A stretch of DNA of 63,311 bases, counting the filler, from Nemertoderma westbladi (taxonomy: Eukaryota > Animalia > Xenacoelomorpha), in NCBI GenBank assembly GCA_032718475.1. It is 4 parts of 4 records of this genome, joined end to end, with 100 filler letters (N's around TTAATTAATTAA, not from the genome) between each part and the next. Parts side by side here need not be neighbours in the genome. Positions count along the whole stretch, not along the records: positions 31,033 to 48,035 come from JAUCBJ010008335.1; positions 48,136 to 53,769 come from JAUCBJ010000173.1; 2 more parts are not named here. One strand, 5' to 3'. This document shows positions 39,478-51,304 of this stretch, in pieces. Each line of letters starts with the position of its first letter. Position 1 is the first letter of the stretch. The notes beneath the pieces were generated by a model. It had not been told where the DNA came from. It made no database searches and saw only the letters and a program-made list of their open reading frames with translations. The position numbers were made by a program, and so were the translations under genes.

Positions 39478-39891
39478 ATGTTTTTCGATGTAAGATTGAA
39501 GGAGATTGTGAAATGGCTGGGAATGTCGACGTTCGAGATCTTTATTGTGATTGTGACGTCACTGATATACAGTATTTTATTAGTTCTTAAATTAGATGAT
39601 GTTTTACATGGAGTGTCTTGGTGGGTAATTCTGTCGCCGCTGTTTGTTGCTGACGCCTTGAACGCTTATTTCATTTCCATCGTCTGCATTCGCCTAGTTG
39701 TTGATGGACAGATACGAACGGCTTTCTTGTCAACCTCATGGAGTAGCCTAGTTATCATCCTTTGGTTTTTATATAAATATTTTTTGTGCACAAAACTTGA
39801 GCAAACAACGGAAATTACTTACTCGTTAATATTCAGCCCTATTTTCATTTTACTGCAAGTACTTCTAGTCCGGGCTTGTCAAGTCAGCTGA
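39478..39891 (+). CDS. TMEM203: Transmembrane protein 203
   Basis: 137 aa, colinear with human TMEM203 as recalled: LKEIVKWLGMSTFEIF, SWW..SPLFVADAL, SPIFILLQVLLVRACQV. Confidence 0.92.
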   Translation: MFFDVRLKEIVKWLGMSTFEIFIVIVTSLIYSILLVLKLDDVLHGVSWWVILSPLFVADALNAYFISIVCIRLVVDGQIRTAFLSTSWSSLVIILWFLYKYFLCTKLEQTTEITYSLIFSPIFILLQVLLVRACQVS

Positions 39892-40035
39892 TTGAACGTT
39901 GAAACTTATCGCAGGTTTTCTCTATAAAATATTATATAATATTTGATATTATATAAAATTATTTCTCAATACAACTCTTAATAAATACTACCGGTCCGGT
40001 AACAGCTTTGCCAAGTTCTATCCCAGGCAGCAGTA

Positions 40036-41847
40036 ATGGAAGCACGCGATCACAACCATATATGGAGATGGGCCGTCGAATTATCGAACAACAACGATTG
40101 TTTAAAATCTTCGCTGAGTTCAGTGAAGTCGTCGTGGTCTTCGTTGTGTGACGGCGAGTCAGGTGCGCTTCTCGACTTCTTGTCTTCCCATATCGGTTCC
40201 CCCGGCAACCAGTTCGGTATAATCGAAACCGCGGCTCAAACAAACCGTCTCCAACGCAACAAAGCTAAAAGTAACCGCTCAAAAATAAAAAAAATATCAA
40301 CTCGTTTATGCGAAATCGAGAATTATTTGTTTGAATCCGAAATCGAGAACCACTGCGAGAGATCGCAGATGGAAGATCGTATGAAAAACTCGTTTCTTCT
40401 CTCGGTGTTTTCTTCTGTTTGTCGCGATGATGGAATCCGCGTGCGGGAGTTAGGTAAACGCTTACGTAACTCGAAGGGAGCTAGCGTTTCTAACGGCGAG
40501 GTCGTATATTCGTCGGCGAGGACTGGCGATTCGGTTTTGGAACCGGCGTCGAGTCACGCGGTCCGCGAATGTTGCCGGAAGTTTCGGTTGTTTTTGGAGG
40601 AGATGCTGGGTGGGCGGTACGAATCCACGGTGGATGTGCCCGACAGTAAACTAATCGAAGACCAACAAACTCTTTGGGGCGATTTAACTGCCGCCGTTGA
40701 GCCGTTCTCTCCCCGGGAGATTGTTGATTCGTTATGCGGCCTAGCGGAATCTGGAACCGCGAAACTCAGATCCTCGTCCACTAAAGAAAACAAATCCGAA
40801 TTAAGAAAACTTACCGATTCGCAGGAATGTATGTCGGTCCGAGAGTCTCTTGATTCGCTTTTACTCGCGAAACAAGAAGAACATTTGATACAAGCCGGAC
40901 AACTATTAATGCATCGAGAAACCGCCGATACAACTAAAACTGAATTCCGCATCTCGAAGGGGAAACTTCTTCACTCATTCGATCAAATTTACTCTAGAAA
41001 TTCTTCGGGTTGTCGATTAGAGAAACAAAACTTGGAGGAAGAGATAAAGTTAGCTTCTCTGAAGGCGATTAAAACGCAGCTGCATATAGAAATGATTCAA
41101 CTTAACGACAATATTAATAAAGCTCTCGGAGCAAAAGGAACGAACAGCGAACTCTTTAAACGGATAACCTCGTTCCAACAACTCGCCGAGTCAAAACAAT
41201 CGTTGATTAAAGGTTTGGTGCGTTACAACCTTCAGTGTCCCGGGAAGATCGCCACTCGCCAGACGGAGTTACAGCGTTACGTCGCAACCAACGCGTTACC
41301 GTTACTCAATGACACGTTGAAGTCGCTGTCGCTTCTCGGAGGTATAGAACTGGATTCCGTTGCGCATAATTTTTCTCGGAAATCGAAATCAACTTCTGTA
41401 GGTAATTTGCCCTGTTTTCTTTCTGTAGACGACCCCAGGTCTCATTGTCTACGAGGTATAAGTAACGATTTAAGGTTCGCGAGTTCCGAAAAATACCTAG
41501 AGACCGTAGCAGAACTGAAAGAAACCGTCGCAGACTCCAAGAATCGAGAACATACGAAAATTCTGGAACACATCGGAGGAAAGAATATCGAGAGTATAAT
41601 GAATCATTTATTTGGTTTGGCGAACAAAACTAGAGACCAGCGGTCGGAAATTGAGAAGAAATATATATCTCTTGAAGAGGTCTACTTGCCCCGCGCTAGC
41701 CGTGCTATTAACGAACGTTTGATTATAGAAAACGCCTTGGATGTCTGGCGGGAACAACCTGGTTATTACGCGTTCCCATGGGAAACCGTTGATGGTTTCA
41801 CTTACAGGCAGTGGAAGGATAAAATACTTTTTGCGTCTACGAAATAA
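40036..41847 (+). CDS. HAUS5: HAUS augmin-like complex subunit 5, single-exon ORF
   Basis: 603-aa coiled-coil protein. N-terminal WAVE...LCDGESGALLDFLSSHI and C-terminal WREQPG...PWETVDGFTYRQW match HAUS5/Dgt5 terminal motifs. Confidence 0.78.
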   Translation: MEARDHNHIWRWAVELSNNNDCLKSSLSSVKSSWSSLCDGESGALLDFLSSHIGSPGNQFGIIETAAQTNRLQRNKAKSNRSKIKKISTRLCEIENYLFESEIENHCERSQMEDRMKNSFLLSVFSSVCRDDGIRVRELGKRLRNSKGASVSNGEVVYSSARTGDSVLEPASSHAVRECCRKFRLFLEEMLGGRYESTVDVPDSKLIEDQQTLWGDLTAAVEPFSPREIVDSLCGLAESGTAKLRSSSTKENKSELRKLTDSQECMSVRESLDSLLLAKQEEHLIQAGQLLMHRETADTTKTEFRISKGKLLHSFDQIYSRNSSGCRLEKQNLEEEIKLASLKAIKTQLHIEMIQLNDNINKALGAKGTNSELFKRITSFQQLAESKQSLIKGLVRYNLQCPGKIATRQTELQRYVATNALPLLNDTLKSLSLLGGIELDSVAHNFSRKSKSTSVGNLPCFLSVDDPRSHCLRGISNDLRFASSEKYLETVAELKETVADSKNREHTKILEHIGGKNIESIMNHLFGLANKTRDQRSEIEKKYISLEEVYLPRASRAINERLIIENALDVWREQPGYYAFPWETVDGFTYRQWKDKILFASTK

Positions 41848-42197
41848 ATATGTTCCTTCTTGGATGTCGATGTTTTATTATCACTATTTAGTTTTTTTGA
41901 CGTGTCTATATATTTATCTTATTTTAATTATTTTTGTTGTTCCTAATTGAATGATAATTTAAATATCTGTTAATAATATCCATGCCATGTCCACAATATG
42001 ACACCATACGGTTGAAGAATAACTTCGGTCTGCGGTGTATGTAATTCTACACCCCCCCCCCCCCCCACATTAAGGAGGAGGTTGGTGGAACTACAGTATC
42101 TCTGTTTCAAATTTCAAGGAATCTCCGTAATATATATCGGAAGTAAATTGCGGACATACAAGGTATCAGGTAGTATTTCGAGGTCTATATTTTACCA

Positions 42198-42270
42198 GAG
42201 CCGCTAGCTGAATGGTTAGAGCGTCAGATTTCCAATTCGGAGGTCACCAGTTCATTCGCACCTGGACGTC
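42198..42270 (+). mobile_element. Degenerate tRNA-like head, probably a SINE remnant
   Basis: TAGCTGAATGGTTAGAGCG (A box/D arm), TTCCAA loop and a degenerate AGTTCATT B box; the acceptor stem does not pair. Confidence 0.4.
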
Positions 42271-43407
42271 ATTACCGACTTTGCAAAGGTGTACCCAACA
42301 AAAGTTATAATATTATGAAACCACTCATTCACCCTTGAAACCAATAATAAATTAAATGATAAAGGTATCCAGGATTTCACTTTTCGGTCGACCTTTTTTT
42401 ATTGGAATTTTATATATGAAGATTTTATATTTTTTTTAATTTATCTTTTTTTAAGTGTTATATAAGATACTAGATAAAATATTTACATATACGAATTCGT
42501 TTATTGTTTTGGTTAAATTCAGCCCTTCTCGAACCTGTGTTTTTGGTGAAAACCTGGTATTCTTCACATGGGGGTAACTGCAAAGTGAAATATAACGGCA
42601 GAAAGTCTGGTATTCTTCACATGGGCCCGAAAAAAAATTATTAGTTTACTGAAGTTCAACAAATTTAATGAATTTTGTTCAATTTATTTTTGAGAATTTT
42701 ATTCTAAATAATATTGAATAATAATAAAAAAACTTCATGATAAATAATTTATAAATTTGTTGGAGCGGGGCGGGAATGGGGGGGGGGGGGGCTACCACAT
42801 ACCCAACCCATACTACTGTATATTCCCGCCCCCAACCGGGACTCCACCCACCACATAAACCCTGTTTGGGACTAGGACCCCAAACCCCTGATTATGGACT
42901 ATTGTATACCTCAGCTCAGCTCATCGGACCCATTTCCTGGATCCGCCCCTGTCAATTACCGTATTCCAGAATGTATTATTTCCATTTATGTTAATGAGTG
43001 CTGCTTTATTATCCAGTTTGCAGTGATGGGGCTTGTTACTGTATGTAAATAATTATTGTTTAGCGTGTAACTGTATTCCATTATGGCGAAACGTCCAATA
43101 GAAGACACTAAAATAACCAAAGAAAATGGCGACAGTGTTCAGTAAAACTGAACGGACACAGACGGTTTGCCATTTGCTTCAGTCAACTATAGTCAAGATG
43201 GATTAATGATTTATCACATCCAAGCAGGAGATAACTTCCAGTAAACTTTAATTAGATATAAATGTATAATTAATACTGTGTACCTGTTGATAAATTTCAC
43301 TTATATTCGATATAGTACAGGATTAAAATGTATAAATGAGTATCCATAAAATCCTTTCTTCACATACCGAACGCTGATAAGTTGACATAATGTAACAAAA
43401 TTACATA

Positions 43408-43545
43408 CATCATTGCTTGCAAAGGTGACTTTTCAGCGTTAAAGACCCTTGTTTATTTATGTAAACCTCCCTCGCTGCGCTCGCTCGTACATAAATAAAC
43501 TCGGGTCATAACGCTGCAAAGTGCCACTTTGCACACAATGATGTA
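43408..43545. repeat. ~140-bp imperfect palindrome (small non-autonomous element)
   Basis: Arms CATCATTG..TGCAAAG..CAGCGTT..TTTATTTATGTA and TACATAAATAAA..AACGCTG..CTTTGCA..CAATGATG around CTCGCTGCGCTCGCTCG. Confidence 0.6.
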
Positions 43546-45118
43546 AATAGTTATTAATAAACATTACAATAAGTAACTATCTTATTGGTTCATATCATGA
43601 ATTTGTTTTGTGAATTGAAATAATCTCAAGACTAACTGGGCAATCTCACTAAACGTACTGTAATTCAAGCCGCTTGCAAGCAGATTGGGACCCCCTGAAC
43701 ACTATGCGGGAAGGCAAACGGCATCCAAGCTTCAAGCGGAACCCTGGGGTACCCCCCCCCCCCCCCCCCCGGTTCAAAATTTAGATTTTTGTTTTTTTTG
43801 TTTCATCTTGAGCATAATTTAATCGGGATTTCAAATATCAAAACGGCTTAGCGAGATCTGTTTTACTTTTGGAGTTTCATAGCTGTATGTCCGTTTCTGT
43901 ACGCGATTCACAGACAGACCGGCAATATCACGTCGAAAATAAAAATTGAGATCGGAAATAAATTCGGTGACCTGGAAAAGTGGAAAACCTCAGTGACGAA
44001 AATTTTGGACTAGGTAGCGGAACTTCCTTATAGATACATTAATTTTACATGAAGTTTATGCGTTTTTCTCCACTTCATAATTTTACATTAAAATCGGTTT
44101 TGTTCGGCCATTTCTTGGCGAAATTCATATTTTTTTTATATGAAAGGCCCACGAGGACGCCCCTTTCCTATCCATAAAAGGTATTTGTTATACCTGGTCT
44201 ACTACGACTTTTATCGCACCTACAACGCCTAAAAATAACTTAATGTGAATGTGGACATTGACCTAGGATAAATATCAAAAACTCCTATGGATTTTTAGAG
44301 TTACTCAAGAAGGGGAATATAGCACAAAAAAGTATGCGAAAAATATTGAGAAGTGGTGGAGAAACTTCGATTTAAAAAAATGTTCCTATTTTTCGGTGAT
44401 TATTGCTGTAGCGCCCCCTAGCTGCGAAATTTGTTTTTATTTAAGTACAATTATTTTTTTATCTCTCTTTCCGATGATATATGTACGTTTAGCCTACCTT
44501 CTATATTTTTATTTCAATATAACATTTTACAAAGATGTCATTGGGTGTGTCTGTCCCCCCTTATTTTATTGTCTTGTTTTTAAATAAAGGCCATTTGAAT
44601 GATGTGTGCGTGCAGAGAGATACGGCATCTCTTTACATTACTACAGTGTAAGCAATGTAGACGATACAAAGTAAACAATAATTATTAACAATATAATATG
44701 TCATTGAATTACATAACTCAAGGGACAAAGTGGAGAGACATGCTGAGCTAAGAGTTTGAAAGTGGAAACATATGGAACTCTGAGATAAAAAATGGTATGA
44801 GACCAAAATTACTAAATTTGAAATATATTTAAACCGTAAATAAAATATAATATTTTCAAAGAAAATCAAATTCAAAATTGATTTTATCTGAGTTAAAATC
44901 CCTCGTTTATTCATGTAAATATCACTCGTTTTACTTATAAGTTAGAAAGTTACATATTGAAATGAGTTAATTTTACAAATATAGCATAGCTCTCTCATCC
45001 TCAGTAAGGAGTGGTAGGGAATACCAGAGAATTTTAAATTCCTCAGATTCACTAAATATATTAGATTATTTTGTTAAATTATAATATTTGATTTATTATT
45101 TTGCTAATTTTATTCCAG

Positions 45119-45377
45119 GTTGCCGATCCGGTGGTTTCTTTCTGCGAAACGGTGGTGGAAACTTCCGCCCTCAAATGTTTCGCTGAGACACCGAATAAAC
45201 GCAATAAACTCACGATGATATCCGAGCCGCTGGAGAAGGGTTTATCGGAGGACATCGAGAACGGAGTGGTGCACATAGGCTGGCCGCGGAAGCGGCTGGG
45301 TGAATTCTTTCAGCTGAAATACGATTGGGATCTGTTGGCGGCTCGATCCATATGGGCGTTTGGCCCAGATAATTCTG
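45119..45377 (+). CDS. EFTUD2: Internal exon of U5 snRNP GTPase EFTUD2/Snu114
   Basis: [48 protein letters not shown]...[18 protein letters not shown] is nearly identical to EFTUD2. Branch-like GCTAAT, TTTTATTCCAG acceptor, GTTAGT donor at 45378. Confidence 0.95.
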
Positions 45378-48035
45378 GTTAGTTCTAGTTGTCTAGGAAA
45401 CGCTTTTCACATTAAATTTAAGTATTTCATATTTTTTATGGTCCCGTGATATGATCTAATATAATGGTTATATTAAATGGATCGTAATTTTTCAAAATGG
45501 CTCACAGTGTTGTTTCTCATTTAAATATACAGTATTTCTCTAGATTTATCGTTTTAAAGTCAAAGCTAAAGGTAAAATTGTATCCCATACGTTTTCAACT
45601 TTTTATTTTTATTACTTTTACTTTGATTAATTTCGATTGAGTAGGAAGCTAAGGTTATAATTAGTAAATTATATTGTTTCGAGGGTTTCGACCCTCCCAA
45701 AATATGTAGGCCTACGGAATATATGGTGTGGGATGTCCCTAGCGAGAATTGAACAATTTCGTTTTTGATAAGTCTAGTTTTATCGAGGTTCAGTATTAGC
45801 CAATCAGAGCATCGCATTGCTAGACCCCTGACCCTCTGAGTCTGATTGTCCTTAGTGACGGGAGCCTTGAGATTTAGGGAAATCGTTAGAGCCCTTTTGA
45901 ATTTGATCACTCACTGTAACCACGGTACCGTCTAGTCATAAGTACTATCTGCTACGCGACGCGACCACGGAGACTGTTTTGGTGCATGCAGCACCTCGCT
46001 AATATTACCATAACTTCTGACTGGCTGCGTAAAATCTGTTAATATTAGATGCAAAAGTTACATATTTTGATCCTTTATTAACAACTTTCTTTAACAGCAA
46101 ATAATTTTCAGTTTTACATTACCAGTTGTTTTGTTAAGTTCAATTTTTTAACAATACGCACATAAACTATACACGGAGTGGGGCACGCGGCACGTGACAT
46201 AAACTTACGTTAAGTGTCAACTTGAATTAATTATTTTAAGCAAAATCTATGCAGATGTCCCCTAATCACTTTACCACATAGATGCAGACTGGGTATCTGC
46301 AGTTGGTTTAAGACCTCACAAAAATCGTCTGTGGTCTAGAATATACGTAGCAGGTATTAATCAGGAACAAAGGATTATGAACAATAGTATGAAATGGCTG
46401 ATAGTTTTACATTTTAAAAAAACATTTATAAAATATTTTCATTTCAGCCCACTAGCGGTAGACTGGAGAACTGCAGAGGGATTACCGTCCCAACAAAAAC
46501 GCAGTCTATGGATGGTCTGCGGTATAGCATGTATCTTCAAATTTTTAGCGATAAGAAATAACAATAAGAGAGAATGTTTTCACTTTCATTTTCAGTCCAC
46601 CTCTAGCGGCTAACTGTAGAAGTATAGAGGGAGTACCTTCTCACAAAAGAAGCAACCATTTTTCTAGTACATGTATGCCAAATTTTAGCTTAAACTTATT
46701 AAAATCAAGGAAACGATGGAAGATTTTTCATTTCCAGACATTTCGCATACAGACTGGAAATCAGCAGACCGATTACCGACCCCACAAAGACACAGTATGT
46801 GTTCTAGCAAATATCTGATAAGTTTCTGCTTGAACGGATCATAAATAACGGAATGGGTCAAGAATTTCACTTCCAAACATATCTCCCTCTAGCGACAGAC
46901 TAGAGAACTGCAGGCGGTTGACACATCTAATTGTCTGTACAATTCTGCCTTCAGCTTGAACGGATTAAGAACAACGAAATGGGAGGAGATTTCATGTTTA
47001 GACATTAGTTCTCTGGCTGGAGACTGTTGAACTGATGGGTGTCTGAAAGTCTCTGAAAAATCTCATTTGCCATTATTGACCCACCCCCCTAACTGTGTCA
47101 GTTCGCCAATGTTCCGCCAGCTTCCGCCAGTTCACAAAATCCTCATGATACAAGCTGGGCACCAGTCGTATTATTTATCACACCAAAATTTCACCAAAAT
47201 CTTCCAAAACATTTTATATTAGGGGTGTGCCGGATATCCGGCCGGGCCGGAATTCCGGCCGGATTTTGAGAAAAAAATTTTTATCAAGGGTTTTTATCCG
47301 GCCGGATTGGACGCAATTGGGGGGGGGGGGGACTGGACGCAATAAAAATTCATCCCTCTCCAGGGGAAATTGGACGCAAATAACAGGTGATTACTCTCAA
47401 AAATAAAACTGTAACCTGTAATATTGTGTTTAGTTTATTGTTTTGGTTAAAATAACGTGCCACTGTAACCTGCTCCTTTCCCTAAATTAAGAATTGACCC
47501 CCCCCCCCCCTGTCTCGAACTGATTGACTACTGTATACTTTTTTACCAAGAATATTTCTATTTGGTTGGGCTCAGCCTCAGTAACACTTAATATAATATA
47601 GTACACGTATTCCCATATACTAATTATAACTAGTCAATAATTACTATATTGTCCCAGCTCGCAAGCGTTAATGTCATGTCTGGGAATTGTTATAAATTGA
47701 GATTAAACTTAACCAGCGTGAATGACCAGTTTATATATTTGACAGACAATTTAGAAACTATAGTTGAACTCAGAGAGTATAAAAAATACTACAGAGATTA
47801 TTACTTCGTTATATTTTTCAATTTGTACTTTATTTCATTTCATTTTATATTTAACATTTAACAATAGGCCTATCAAATCAATCCATTATACAAAATTAGC
47901 AAATATCAAATCTGCGAAGGCTATGGTGCAAATGGTTATGGTGATATATATAAAAAATCAGGCTTTGGCCGGAATTACGGCCGGATTTTTTTTTACAAAT
48001 CCGGCTCCGGTTCCGGCCTGGACGGTTTGAAAAAG

Positions 48036-48135
48036 NNNNNNNNNNNNNNNNNNNNNNNNNNNNNNNNNNNNNNNNNNNNTTAATTAATTAANNNNNNNNN
48101 NNNNNNNNNNNNNNNNNNNNNNNNNNNNNNNNNNN
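48036..48135. other. Artificial contig linker
   Basis: N44-TTAATTAATTAA-N44. Confidence 0.97.
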
Positions 48136-48275
48136 CCAGTATGAGATGTAGATGAGTGATGTAGACATGCATTAAAGTCACCCAGGCAAATTAAGAATGC
48201 ATGCTGATCCACTCCATCAGTAGATGCATGTAGATTGTGGTAGAAATTTTCCACTTCATCTTTCTGCACACTTCT
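48136..48275 (-). mobile_element. LINE apurinic-type endonuclease fragment
   Basis: EVENFYHNL...FLICLGDFNA motif typical of the RTE/L2 endonuclease. Confidence 0.6.
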
Positions 48276-50305
48276 TCTTGTTCCACATACTATGCAAGTC
48301 TCTTCACAAATCACATTCGGGAAGTTTACCTTTAAGAGTGGGAATATGTTCGTCACCATCCATTTCCATCAAGTCATAATAATAATAGGCAAATGAAAGT
48401 GATAGTTTCGACACAATTAAAATTGAACCCTCTCCAGAGTGAAAATCGACGCAAATAACACCTGATCACTCTCAAAAATTAAACTTCTATCTGTTCTGTT
48501 GATATTCGTTTATTGTTTTGTTCCGAATAACTTGCCACTGTAAACTGCTCCTTTCCTTAAATTGATAATTTAACATTGATACAAAATATTAATTCGCCGA
48601 AATGGAATTGCCCCCCCCCCCCCCCCCCCCCTCCCCTGTCTCGACGGTGCATAGTGTGATGTACCTGCCTGTTGCAAAACTAATATCGTAGCAGAATTTA
48701 GAGTGAGTTAACTATTCACTGTAGGTCTCCTCAATGAACGCATGAGATACTTTAAAATTAATATTTATATTAAACAATTTTCCCCCAAGTCACGATAGGA
48801 TGTTGACTAACAGTCGAAGGTTATAGCTATGCGACGTGTGTTACATTTAATCTCTCAAACTCTGGTAACGTAGGCCTAGAGAATACTGCATTATAGTTAT
48901 ACTGTACTGTAAATTAAATTCTTGTTAAATTGTCTTATTTGGTCTGTTGTTATGGTAACGTGGACTGTAAATGTCACCCGAATGTGTACAATATGACGGG
49001 AAGTATCACCATGCTTCTTAGCTGTTGTGATATTTTTAAATAATTACAAATATAGAAGCAAATAGTTGAGTAAAGGTACACGAATTCTCCACTTAAACTT
49101 AATATTTTGATACTTGTGTAAATTACTCTGGTCCAAATAATGGGCCTGTGTTTGCGACATTGACGCTATTTGATTTTATATTGCCCTTGATGTGTTCCCA
49201 AGATGTCATATAAGTTGTGTGATGGGTTTTTTGATTTTTAAAACTGTTTGTTGATTTGCTCAGGAAAAGGAAAGGTGAGACAAAGAAATTGATAATTTAA
49301 ATTTCATAAATCTGTTGCTAAGGCGGTTACTAGGGCCGGGTTGGCGGACTGCAAGGGAATTTCGGAAATATTCTTATTTACCAAAGTGTTTATAACAGTT
49401 TCAGGACAACATTGATGCATTTTGATTAACTTTCAATTTATACACTGGTTATGAGACGAGATTCACTAGCATTCACCATGAACTTGTATCCTAAAATTGA
49501 AAAAAACACATTTTTGAGCAAAAAACTTTGAAGCCCAAAAAAAGGCATTAAATAAAAAATGCAGAGGTGGCATCCGGCCTAGCTGGATTCGCCATGTCTT
49601 GAAGTACAAAAATCAGGTGGATGCCAACCATTAACAAAAAATGCCATCTAAACTTAATTTTCGGGAGTTGGCAGGTAGACTATTATATTGGTGGAACAGT
49701 TGGTCGCAACGCCAACGACCCACCGGCCACATTGATGTGCGGAACATCCTCAGGAAACTCTCGCCAGTCACTGAGTCAGTCAGTGGGTAATACAGAAGAC
49801 CGCATAGTGTCATCGCCGAGTCGCATTGCAGCATTGGCAATGCGACCATCGAGTTACTAATAATCAAATTAATAGTTACGGTCTGACGGTTGTGTGGCGA
49901 AATAAAATTGTTACTGACTACGACGTCGGCACGGTGCTACGCCGCTTCGGTCTGTCGGTGGATTACCTGAACTAGCCTATACCGTACCATATACCAGTAT
50001 ACCTGTATACAGCTAGGCCTACTCTACATTATTAAGAAGTATTAAAATATTGAAAACAATACATGAAAGCAACAGGTAATTGAAAAACTACCGTAATACC
50101 AAAAATAGATTCTCCATAATTATTTACCCCAGAATGTGTATGTTTATCAGTACAACTGCTTACCGGTAACCTAAACAACATACTGACATAGCCTTCGCTA
50201 GCGAAGTCTGGATTTACCATGTGAGTGTGCCAGCAGCCCTTGCTTCAGTAGTCCTTGAGCCTACTTTAAGGGGTAGGTTAATTCTGTAATTAGTGCAAAG
50301 TAGAA

Positions 50306-51304
50306 ATGTTGAGATTGATTCCGCTACCGCTACGCTGTTCCACTATTAGTTCCAGTTCCAGAAGGCAACTCCTCAATCCACGAACGGTTACCCTCCTCAC
50401 ACCATCTCGTAGACAGCTCCTCAATCCACGAACGGTTACCCTCACAACACCATCTCGTGTATTACCGGAGTCATGGTTACCCACCGTAGTCTCCCGGCAC
50501 CTATCAGAATCAACTACATCCTCCCTCATAGAAGACGACGATGACACACCGGTGGCTACGCGAGTAAGTCTAGCGGCTATGACGTACAGACTGTACTCTG
50601 CGGAATGGGAGCCGTCGGGGGCGGAGTACCTGCACTCCCTAGAGTACTGGGATCGATACGGAAGCAAACCGGTGTGGGCGAATTGGCGACGTCGCCACAG
50701 CGGGCCTGTATCTCCATTGAAACCTCGCACACAATGCATTCTGGGAGACATTAAGCTGAAAACCGCATGTCCGCTATGTAGAGACTCCTCTCTGAAAGTC
50801 CATTTTAAAAACGTGGAACTTTTGAATCAGTTTATCAACCCGGAAACTGGGAAGATTTTTAGTTACCATAACACCGGGGTTTGCAAGAAAATGGGGGCGA
50901 AATTGGATTTCGAAGTATTAAAATCTCAGAATAGAGGACTGCTGACGGAGTATGTGGAGCGCATTTCCTACAATTACAAGGATTATCTACCGATCATAGA
51001 GCAGTTGATAGAACAATTAGGGATTAATGTAGATAAGGAAGGGTTTGTCGATGAATTTAAACCCTCCATAGATGATTCCGATGTTTATTTTCCGGAATAT
51101 TCCGGACAGCATCCGGCGATCCCCAGGGCCCGTTTCCAGCACCTTACACCTGTTCTCCCGGAGAGGCGGTATTTACGAGCTATCGAACATTTCATGAACA
51201 TCCGGCGAATAAACGTGGCCGATACGGAACAGGAGTTGCCGAAATTCGCTGATGATGTTCGGGAACAAAAGGAGAGGTTGGAAGGGGAGACTGAAAGTAA
51301 TTAA
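50306..51304 (+). CDS. MRPS18B: Mitochondrial ribosomal protein S18B (mS40), single-exon ORF
   Basis: YLHSLEYWDRYGSKPVWANWRRRHSG...PRTQCI...CPLCRD...VHFKNVELLNQFINPETG...TGVC matches mS40. The Arg/Ser/Leu-rich N-terminus fits a mitochondrial presequence. Confidence 0.9.
   Translation: MLRLIPLPLRCSTISSSSRRQLLNPRTVTLLTPSRRQLLNPRTVTLTTPSRVLPESWLPTVVSRHLSESTTSSLIEDDDDTPVATRVSLAAMTYRLYSAEWEPSGAEYLHSLEYWDRYGSKPVWANWRRRHSGPVSPLKPRTQCILGDIKLKTACPLCRDSSLKVHFKNVELLNQFINPETGKIFSYHNTGVCKKMGAKLDFEVLKSQNRGLLTEYVERISYNYKDYLPIIEQLIEQLGINVDKEGFVDEFKPSIDDSDVYFPEYSGQHPAIPRARFQHLTPVLPERRYLRAIEHFMNIRRINVADTEQELPKFADDVREQKERLEGETESN

Noticed and set aside
40554-40952. Antisense ORFs over HAUS5, MRPS18B and the LINEs
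   Set aside because: Shadows of real coding sequence on the opposite strand, with no independent motifs.
42198-42270. Functional tRNA gene
   Set aside because: The B box is degenerate and the acceptor stem does not pair; treated as a SINE-like remnant.
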